35,164 nt of DNA from an uncultured Anaerolineales bacterium (GTDB lineage Bacteria > Chloroflexota > Anaerolineae > UBA1429). The position numbers and the translations under genes were made by a program. The DNA lies in assembly GCA_964416075.1 (NCBI GenBank), contig CAYQDH010000006.1:1-35164 (forward strand), read 5' to 3'. Under the pieces are notes generated by a model. The model saw only the letters and a list, made by a program, of their open reading frames with translations, did not search any database and was not told where the DNA came from. Shown piece by piece: positions 15,189 through 22,159 of the stretch; positions within the stretch are counted from its first letter, which is position 1, and the number at the start of each line of letters is the position of its first letter.

Positions 15189-17006
15189 CTATCGCCCGGC
15201 GCGGAAATTGCGAATGGCGTCGGATATACGCAGGGCGCGGTCGTAGAGGCGGAGAGCCAGGACCTCTCCTTGCAAGAACGGTGCGATGCGCAACACCGGA
15301 GCGCCGCTCACGCCGCGCAGGTTGGGGTTGTAGCGTCCCCAGCCGAATTGGCGGAAATCACCGCCATCGCACAGCGCGCCGTCCACCACGAAAAGGATGA
15401 TCTTGGGGCCACCATCGACGATAGCCACCAGGTGGTGGATCTGGTCTTCCCGCACGAGGCCAGGGTCGCAGTCCCAGCGGCTCTCCGTGCGGCCGTCGTT
15501 GAGTACGATCTCCACCGTGCCTCGGGCCGTGGTCTGCAAGGCAAACCCCTGGCCGTTCGCGGTGCGGTTGTCCACGAGCACCTGGCCGGCGCCCAACTCA
15601 TCGAGGCGCAGCCACAGCTCCAGGGTAAACCCCTGGCGCAAGTCCAGGGTGCCATAGTCGGCCCGACTTGGATCGCGCCGCGTGAAAGGGGGCAACTCCG
15701 GCATCGACATCTCGGCGGGCATGGACTGGTCGGCCTGCGGCAGGGCGAGCAGCGCATCCTGTGGCGCCACGGCCGGGCGATCGAACTGCCCCCATAGGGC
15801 TTCCAATAGCGTGCCGTCTACCTCGTGCACGCGAGCGATATCCTTCTGCGTCTCGGACAGGTAATAGTGGCCGCCCTCTTCCACCAGGTCCGGATAGCTC
15901 ATGCGCACATAGGGGTCATCATCATAGAGCGCGATCTCGGGCTGCGACCAGCGGATGATTCTGCCCTCCGGCCCATCGGCCTCCACGCCGCCGCAGAGCC
16001 AGACGGGGTTGCGATCGTCGTAGGCCATGGTGCGGCGCCGGGGATGCTCGCGGATAAAACGCCCACCGTGGTTGTGGAACCAATAGACATAGTTGCCGTT
16101 GTCGCACTTCCAGGCAAAGTTAGCCGCCCGCGGGTGCTTCATCAGGCGGCCATCGGCGTAGCGCATGTATTGGGGCTCGCTCCAGGTGTGGCCGGCATCG
16201 CGGCTGTAGGCGTAGGCCGAGTGGCCGTCGATGGTGCGGTAGACACAAAAGAAAGAGCCGTCGCTCAGCACCGAGTAGCTTTGCTCTTCCGCGATAGGCC
16301 CGCCACCCGGCGGGGTGCGCAGCCCATAGTCGCCGTCGGGAAGAGTCTCCCAGGTGATGCGCTGCGGGTCGCGCTCGGTAACCAGGTTTCCGCTCCTCAA
16401 GAGGACGCCCTCCGAGCGGGTGAAAAAGCCCTCGCCAAAGCCACCCACTTTGTGCAGGGAGACGTACGCGGCGCGATCATGGATGAAGGGCTTGCCCACA
16501 TTCCAGAAGAACTTGATCTTCCCACCATAGGGGTTGCGGCGGTCGATGTCCATATCTCGCATGGGCACATCGTAGCGCTCTGCCGACCAGGTGCGACCGT
16601 GGTCATCGCTATATTTGAAGACGAAATGGCCAAACGAATCCACACGGCGGCAGATGCCGTCGGGAAACGAGTCGCCGCGGTCGGCGATCAGCTCGCGCAC
16701 GTTATCGCTGTTGTGATTGTAAAAACAGTACACGCGCCCCCCGGGGGCTACCAGGAGCACGGCATACGAAGCCTCGGGCCCGTCGGCGGGCTCCACATCG
16801 GCCGGCGCGGACCAGGTGCGTCCGCGGTCGGTGCTGCGCAGGGTGACTACATGCTGGCCGCTGGCTCCCTCGCGCCCCGTGCCGGTGGTGAGGACACAGA
16901 GCCAGGCTCCATCGCCCGTGCGCACGATATAAGGCTGGTCGCTGTAGGTCTCGGTGGGTATCTCATAACCGCACGAAATGTGGCGCCAGTCAGCGATAGG
17001 GCTCAT
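15189..17006 (-). CDS. BNR/Asp-box beta-propeller (sialidase-fold) protein with a C-terminal LamG/concanavalin-like domain; no signal peptide and no RIP motif
   Basis: Asp boxes are STDRGRTW, SDDHGRTW and SRDAGHTW. The C-terminal LamG-like pattern is FTLELWLRL...HHLVAIVDG...LFVVDGAL...LRLYDRAL. The ATG at 17006 lies 4 nt after the upstream stop. Confidence 0.75.
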   Translation of the reverse strand: MSPIADWRHISCGYEIPTETYSDQPYIVRTGDGAWLCVLTTGTGREGASGQHVVTLRSTDRGRTWSAPADVEPADGPEASYAVLLVAPGGRVYCFYNHNSDNVRELIADRGDSFPDGICRRVDSFGHFVFKYSDDHGRTWSAERYDVPMRDMDIDRRNPYGGKIKFFWNVGKPFIHDRAAYVSLHKVGGFGEGFFTRSEGVLLRSGNLVTERDPQRITWETLPDGDYGLRTPPGGGPIAEEQSYSVLSDGSFFCVYRTIDGHSAYAYSRDAGHTWSEPQYMRYADGRLMKHPRAANFAWKCDNGNYVYWFHNHGGRFIREHPRRRTMAYDDRNPVWLCGGVEADGPEGRIIRWSQPEIALYDDDPYVRMSYPDLVEEGGHYYLSETQKDIARVHEVDGTLLEALWGQFDRPAVAPQDALLALPQADQSMPAEMSMPELPPFTRRDPSRADYGTLDLRQGFTLELWLRLDELGAGQVLVDNRTANGQGFALQTTARGTVEIVLNDGRTESRWDCDPGLVREDQIHHLVAIVDGGPKIILFVVDGALCDGGDFRQFGWGRYNPNLRGVSGAPVLRIAPFLQGEVLALRLYDRALRISDAIRNFRAGR

Positions 17007-17010
17007 TTCT

Positions 17011-17793
17011 CTACAGCTTTTCCAGGATTGCGCTCACGAACTCGCGCGTACGGAGCACGTTGCGGTCTATCTCCTCGGGTGTAGAACCTCCCACGCACTC
17101 CAGATACAACGGACCACGGAAACCACCATTTACCAGTCCCTTGAACACGGCATCGAAATCTACCCAGCCCTCGCCCGGCGTGATCATCACATCGGGCACG
17201 TCGTCTTGTACGATGCAGTCCTTGATGATGCCTACGGTGACTAGGGGAGCCACTTGGTCGATATCCATCTCCGGCCGGCGCGCGCCCTTGGTGTAATAGA
17301 TGATATTGCCCGGGTCATAACAGATGCCAAAGGCGGGATGGTCGACCTGCTTGAGCAGGGCGACGAGATCCTCGGCCGTGAGAGTGATGCCGCCGTGGGG
17401 CTTGACCGAGATCTGGAGCCCGGCGCGCGCGGCATAGGCTGCCGCCTGCTTCATCACGGACACATAGCTGTCGTAGAGCTCGGCCTTGTCCGAGCCCAAG
17501 TCCAAGAGCCAGGAGGCGCCCAACAGGGCGGCGTTATCGATGAGCTGCCGATATTGCTTCGCCGCCTGCTCGATCCCCAGGTCGAGGCGGGCATGTGCCA
17601 GGACCAGTGATGGCTTGAGCCCCTCGGCCAGGGCGGTCTGGCGGGCTGTAAGCACCTCCTCGCGGGTGCTCTCAGCGGTGACGGCCGTAAAGACGGCTAT
17701 GTCGGAGTATCCGGCTGCGGCGATGCGACGGCATGCCTCGGCAAAGGGCACATTGGCGTAGGGCCTGGTGGTGCAACCGATCGTCAGTTTCAT
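17011..17793 (-). CDS. xylose-isomerase-like TIM-barrel protein (sugar phosphate isomerase/epimerase family)
   Basis: The ORF track gives 17011..17874. I place the start at the ATG at 17793 (MKLTIGCTTRPY), with GAGGA upstream. The family call rests on overall pattern, such as HPAFGICYDPGNIIYY and LYLECV. Confidence 0.7.
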   Translation of the reverse strand: MKLTIGCTTRPYANVPFAEACRRIAAAGYSDIAVFTAVTAESTREEVLTARQTALAEGLKPSLVLAHARLDLGIEQAAKQYRQLIDNAALLGASWLLDLGSDKAELYDSYVSVMKQAAAYAARAGLQISVKPHGGITLTAEDLVALLKQVDHPAFGICYDPGNIIYYTKGARRPEMDIDQVAPLVTVGIIKDCIVQDDVPDVMITPGEGWVDFDAVFKGLVNGGFRGPLYLECVGGSTPEEIDRNVLRTREFVSAILEKL

Positions 17794-17845
17794 CTCTTGA
17801 TCCTCGCTATTTCTGTGGTTTGACTGATAGCTAGACATAGGGTGT

Positions 17846-18904
17846 TCAATCCCCGAGCACGGCGCTATAGTCAACGATGACGCCTATCTGGGCCGAACGG
17901 TATGCGGCCTCTGCCAGCGCCACCGTGGCCATTCCTTCCTCACCGGAGATGGTGACGGGTGCTTCGCCACGCAAGGCGGCAAGCCAGTCCTTTAGTTCGG
18001 CCTGCACGGGGTGCTCGGCGGTGAACTCGGCCGAGACATCGATTATGCCCCCGTCCGCGCCGTGCACCTGCAGGGCGCCGCGATCGAATGCCGCATCGCT
18101 GAGCAGGGTGGCCCGCTCAAAATAGAAACGGAATCCATAGCGCCCCGCATAAGAGCCGACGCCCCCCTCGTAGGCTGCGGCGGCGCCGGAGCCAAAGTGA
18201 ACCTGCAGCGCGATATAGTCGGCCCATTCGCGGCCCTCGGGAAAGACCTTGCGCGATAGGGCATAGACCGTCTCGGGTGTTCCCATCAGGCAACGCAGCA
18301 TATCCAGCTCGTGAGCGCCAACCTCCAGCAGAACACCTCCGCTAAGGGCATTGCTGGCGCGCCAGTGGGCGGGGTCGATGTGGTGGCCGTTACTGATGCG
18401 CCAGATGGAGGCGGCGTAGAGCTGGCCGTAGCGCCCCTCGGCCAGCCATCTCAGGATCGAGCGGTAGGGCTCATAATAGCGCAGCACCTGGCCGACCATC
18501 AGGGGCACGCCATGCTGGCGAACGGCGGCCAAGATGCGGCGACAACCTGCCACGTCGACCGACATAGGCTTTTCTAGAAACAGGCCGACGCCTGCGTGCG
18601 CGGCTTGTTCCACCGCGGGTGCGTGCAGGTAGGGTGGAAGCGCAATGATCAGGCCATCCAAGCCGGGATAGGCCAGGAACCCATCGACAGAGGCGACAGC
18701 CTCGGCCCCGTACTCAGCGGCCGCGCTAGACGCGGCTTCTGGTCGCACATCGTAGGCCGCTACGAGCTGGGCCTGTTTCGTGGCTACCAGGGCCTGCGCC
18801 AGGCTGCACCCCATCCCTCCGCAACCCCACAATCCTATGCGTAACACCTTGCTCGTTTCCCCTTTCTCGGGATTGGCCTCGCCCCGGTGTTTCCGGGGCC
18901 GCAT
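17846..18904 (-). CDS. Gfo/Idh/MocA-family NAD(P)-dependent oxidoreductase
   Basis: The N-terminal Rossmann region is LRIGLWGCGGMGCSLAQAL and the typical core is GLFLEKPM. The start is uncertain. The ORF-track start at 18922 is a TTG. The first ATG is at 18904, right after a promoter, so the mRNA may be leaderless. A GTG at 18847 (giving MLRIGLWG) is also possible. Confidence 0.8.
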   Translation of the reverse strand: MRPRKHRGEANPEKGETSKVLRIGLWGCGGMGCSLAQALVATKQAQLVAAYDVRPEAASSAAAEYGAEAVASVDGFLAYPGLDGLIIALPPYLHAPAVEQAAHAGVGLFLEKPMSVDVAGCRRILAAVRQHGVPLMVGQVLRYYEPYRSILRWLAEGRYGQLYAASIWRISNGHHIDPAHWRASNALSGGVLLEVGAHELDMLRCLMGTPETVYALSRKVFPEGREWADYIALQVHFGSGAAAAYEGGVGSYAGRYGFRFYFERATLLSDAAFDRGALQVHGADGGIIDVSAEFTAEHPVQAELKDWLAALRGEAPVTISGEEGMATVALAEAAYRSAQIGVIVDYSAVLGD

Positions 18905-18909
18905 AAGAC

Positions 18910-18938
18910 ATGCTAGCGCCAACGGTGTGACATGTCAA
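18910..18938 (-). promoter_or_regulatory. candidate promoter of the oxidoreductase operon; the ATG begins 6 nt after the -10
   Basis: The minus strand reads TTGACA (18933-18938), a 17-nt spacer, TAGCAT (18910-18915), GTCTT, then the ATG (18904). The -35 box lies inside the palindrome TGACATGTCA (18928-18937). Confidence 0.45.
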
Positions 18939-18944
18939 CCGTAC

Positions 18945-18974
18945 TTGACGTGCACCTCAACCGCCCGCTATAAT
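18945..18974 (+). promoter_or_regulatory. candidate promoter for the methyltransferase gene
   Basis: TTGACG (18945-18950), an 18-nt spacer, then TATAAT (18969-18974). It lies about 100 nt upstream of the ATG at 19074. Confidence 0.5.
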
Positions 18975-19073
18975 AGGTGTGCCTGGGTCCGAGCAGGGGG
19001 GGCGGAGGCCTACGGAGGTAGCCACGCGCAAGGTTATTTCGTGTGGCGCCTGCTGTGAACAAGGGGTTTGCCG

Positions 19074-19847
19074 ATGTCCATCTACCAGGACTATGCGCGG
19101 GTTTACGATGCCTCGGGGCAGCTCGCTTTCAGCCTCAAGATGATCACCTACTTGGGGCGGCTTATCGAGCGCCATCCCACTCCCGGACGCACCATGCTCG
19201 ACCTGGCCTGCGGCACGGGCACTGTGGCGATCTCCCAGGCCCAGGCCGGTTGGCGCGTTTACGGCATCGACGGCTCAGCCGATATGTTGGCCCAAGCGCG
19301 GGCCAAGGCTGAGAATACAGGGGCGATCGTGTTGTGGAGCCAGCAGGACATGCGCCACTTTCGCTTGCCCCAGCAGATGTCGTTGGTCACCTGTCTGTAC
19401 GACAGCATCAACTATATGATCACCAGCGATGATCTGCTGGCCGTTTTCCGCCGCGTGTTCGGTGCTCTGGCTCCCGGCGGCCTGTTTCTTTTTGATATGA
19501 ACACCGCCTGGGCTTTGGCCACACTTTGGGATGATGAGACCTATTTCACCGATGGTGATGATCTCTCGGTGGTGATGCAAAGCAGGTACGATGATAGACG
19601 ACAACGAGCAATCGTGGTGGTGACCTGCTTCGAGCGGGTTGGCGATCTCTATAACAAGATCGTAGAACAACACGTAGAGCAAGCCTATCCTCTGGAACAG
19701 GTTGCCACCCTGCTTACGGACGCAGGGTTCCAGATCGATGCGCAGTACGATTGCTTTACCTTTCGCGAGCCCGGACCGGAGACGCTACGCATCATGTGGG
19801 TGGCGCGCAAGGCCCAAGAGATGGCGGAGATCTCGGGAGAAGAATAG
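19074..19847 (+). CDS. class I SAM-dependent methyltransferase
   Basis: SAM motif I is MLDLACGTGTVA and the post-I region is VYGIDGSADML. The ORF-track start at 19068 is a TTG. The ATG at 19074 has AAGGGG 7 nt upstream. Confidence 0.85.
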   Translation: MSIYQDYARVYDASGQLAFSLKMITYLGRLIERHPTPGRTMLDLACGTGTVAISQAQAGWRVYGIDGSADMLAQARAKAENTGAIVLWSQQDMRHFRLPQQMSLVTCLYDSINYMITSDDLLAVFRRVFGALAPGGLFLFDMNTAWALATLWDDETYFTDGDDLSVVMQSRYDDRRQRAIVVVTCFERVGDLYNKIVEQHVEQAYPLEQVATLLTDAGFQIDAQYDCFTFREPGPETLRIMWVARKAQEMAEISGEE

Positions 19848-19872
19848 AACTCGGGGGGCGGGGGTGTGGTAA

Positions 19873-19901
19873 TTGACGGCTCTTTCCTCTGGTGCTAGAA
19901 T
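19873..19901 (+). promoter_or_regulatory. candidate promoter with extended -10 for the six-gene sugar operon
   Basis: TTGACG (19873-19878), a 17-nt spacer, then TGcTAGAAT (19893-19901). This leaves a ~135-nt leader before the ATG at 20042. Confidence 0.55.
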
Positions 19902-20041
19902 CACCGTTTGACTCCCGTGAACTGGGAAAGGCTACTTTTGCCTGCATCCATGCGGGCCTGCATGGGCCTCGGATTCCGGTGTTGCAAGTATAGATTCTGA
20001 TCCTGGTTTGGCATATGAGCACTCGATAAGGAGAGACGAGG

Positions 20042-21274
20042 ATGGCAACTTGGAAGGAAGGTTATCGCGTTTTGGCGGATACCCTGGCCCAGCAAGGGAT
20101 CAACGTAGAGCAAGTGAAAAAGGCCCTCAAAGCGCAGAGGATCGAGACCCCCTCTTGGGGTTATGCGGATTCGGGGACCCGCTTCAAAGTGTTCAGGCAG
20201 GCGGGCGCTGCTCGCAGCACTTTTGAGAAGCTGGCCGACGCGGCGCAAGTGCATCGCTTCACCGGCGTGGCCCCCTCCGTGGCCTTGCATATCCCCTGGG
20301 ACAAAGTGGGCGACTATGGCGAGCTTGCCGACTATGCCAAGTCCTTGGGCCTGGCCCTGGGCGCCGTTAACCCCAATGTCTTCCAGGATGAAGAGTACAA
20401 GCTCGGCAGCCTCTGTAACCCCGACCCTGCCATTCGGCGTCGCGCCGTGGAGCATTGTCTGGAGTGTGTCGAGATCGCCAAGACCATCGGTTCCAGGGAC
20501 ATTAGCCTCTGGCTGGCCGACGGCACCAGTTCCCCCGGGCAGGACAACCTACGGCAGCGCAAGCATCGCCTGGCCGAGACGTTGCACGATATCTATGCCG
20601 CGATGCCCGCTCCGATGCGCCTGCTCATCGAGTACAAGTTCTTTGAGCCCAATTTCTACAGCACTGACCTGGGTGACTGGGGGATGTCTTTCCTGATGGC
20701 TCAGAAGCTCGGCGATCGCGCCCAGGTGCTAGTGGACCTGGGACACCATCCCCTTGGCACGAACATCGAGCAGATCGTCGGTTGGCTGATCGACGAGGGC
20801 CGGCTGGGCGGCTTTCACTTTAACAACAAAAAGTTCGCCGATGACGACCTCACGGTGGGCTCGATCAATCCGTACGAGTTGTACCTCATCTTCAATGAGC
20901 TGATCGATGGCGAGATGGACCCCGCGGTCAAGATGGATGTGGCCTATATGATCGATGAGAGCGTGAACATCAAGCCCAAGATCGAATCGATGATCCAATC
21001 GGTGGTCAATGTCCAGGAGGCGTATGCCCGCGCTTTGCTGATCGACCGCAAGACTCTGGGCGAGGCGCAACAGTCGGGCGATGTGGTGTTGGCGGAAGAA
21101 ACCGTTGTGCGGGCCTATCGCATCGATGTTACGCCGCTCCTGGCGGCCGTGCGCGAGGAGATGGGTGTGGCCGTCGATCCCCTGGCCGCGTATCGGGCGA
21201 GCGGCTACCGCGAGAAGATTCTCGCCGAGCGCCAAATGGTGGCGGGCGGCGAGTCGGGCTATCCCGGAGCGTAA
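20042..21274 (+). CDS. rhaI: L-rhamnose isomerase, Pseudomonas stutzeri/Streptomyces subtype (broad-specificity aldose-ketose isomerase)
   Basis: It is similar along its full length to P. stutzeri L-RhI as I recall it. Matching blocks are [65 protein letters not shown] and [20 protein letters not shown]. Confidence 0.85.
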   Translation: MATWKEGYRVLADTLAQQGINVEQVKKALKAQRIETPSWGYADSGTRFKVFRQAGAARSTFEKLADAAQVHRFTGVAPSVALHIPWDKVGDYGELADYAKSLGLALGAVNPNVFQDEEYKLGSLCNPDPAIRRRAVEHCLECVEIAKTIGSRDISLWLADGTSSPGQDNLRQRKHRLAETLHDIYAAMPAPMRLLIEYKFFEPNFYSTDLGDWGMSFLMAQKLGDRAQVLVDLGHHPLGTNIEQIVGWLIDEGRLGGFHFNNKKFADDDLTVGSINPYELYLIFNELIDGEMDPAVKMDVAYMIDESVNIKPKIESMIQSVVNVQEAYARALLIDRKTLGEAQQSGDVVLAEETVVRAYRIDVTPLLAAVREEMGVAVDPLAAYRASGYREKILAERQMVAGGESGYPGA

Positions 21275-21277
21275 ATA

Positions 21278-22048
21278 ATGGCAAACACGGAAACTGTCCT
21301 CGCCGAATTGGTGCGCATGTCCAATGACCTGGGGCGCCCCGAGCGAGACCTGGTCATCCTGGGCGAGGGCAACACCTCGGCCATCTGCGATGATGGGACA
21401 TTCTACGTCAAAGCTAGCGGCACAGAGCTGCGGACTATCGATGCCCATGGTTTTGTGTGCTTGCGAGCGGATGCGGTGTGCGCTCTGGCGGATGGACGCG
21501 AGGTGCTGGCGGACACGGCGCTCAAGGCGGCGCTAGATGCAGCCAAGGTGGACCCTTCGGTTGCGTTGCGGCCATCCGTGGAAACGGTGCTCCACGCCCT
21601 GGCTCTGACAGAGGGCGGCGCCCGGTTTGTGGGTCATACGCACCCGGTCGCCGTGAACGCCCTGATGTGCTCGGTGGCGGTGCCCGCGGCGATCTCCGGC
21701 CGCCTTTTCCCAGATGAGATCGTGGTGTGCGGCCCGGCGCCGGTCTTTATCCCCTACACCGATCCTGGACTACCGTTGGCCCGCGTGGTGCGCGCTGCGC
21801 TCAAGCAATACAGGGACGAATGGGGACAGCCGGCCAAGGTGGTCCTGATGCAGAACCATGGCCTCATTGCCCTGGGCTCATCGGCCCGGGAGGTGGATGC
21901 CATCACCAGCATGTATGTCAAGACGTGCCGCGTTCTGGCTGGCGCGTATGCTTTTGGCGGTCCGCATTTTATGACGGCAAAGAATGTGGATGCCATCCAC
22001 AAGCGCCCCGATGAGGGTTACCGTCGCAAGGCTCTGGGTATTTCCTGA
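21278..22048 (+). CDS. class II (metal-dependent) aldolase/adducin-family protein, stand-alone
   Basis: Motifs are GEGNTSAI...KASG, PSVETVLHAL, GHTHP and QNHGLIALG, covering the Glu plus three-His Zn site pattern of the FucA/RhaD/AraD fold. The start lies 3 nt after the rhaI stop. Confidence 0.8.
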   Translation: MANTETVLAELVRMSNDLGRPERDLVILGEGNTSAICDDGTFYVKASGTELRTIDAHGFVCLRADAVCALADGREVLADTALKAALDAAKVDPSVALRPSVETVLHALALTEGGARFVGHTHPVAVNALMCSVAVPAAISGRLFPDEIVVCGPAPVFIPYTDPGLPLARVVRAALKQYRDEWGQPAKVVLMQNHGLIALGSSAREVDAITSMYVKTCRVLAGAYAFGGPHFMTAKNVDAIHKRPDEGYRRKALGIS

Positions 22049-22056
22049 CACCTGTG

Positions 22057-22107
22057 ACCCTCCCGCAGGTTGGGGGCTCATCGCGAGCCGCCAACCTGCG
22101 GGAGGGT
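22057..22107 (+). promoter_or_regulatory. 17-bp perfect hairpin (plus an inner 5-bp stem) inside the operon, 9 nt after the aldolase stop
   Basis: ACCCTCCCGCAGGTTGG (22057-22073) pairs with CCAACCTGCGGGAGGGT (22091-22107). The loop contains GGCTC..GAGCC. No T-run follows. A second inverted repeat, GGCAATT tgcg AATTGCC, lies at 22122-22139. Confidence 0.6.
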
Positions 22108-22159
22108 GGTTGGATAGGCTGGGCAATTTGCGAATTGCCACTGCAAGGAGAACAAGGAT

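Noticed and set aside
15825-17084. A 419-aa ORF on the plus strand, opposite the BNR propeller-LamG gene.
   Set aside because: It lies entirely antisense to a gene with clear Asp-box motifs. Its product is Ala/Gly/Val/Arg-rich with no recognisable motif and no RBS. This is the typical shadow ORF of high-GC DNA.
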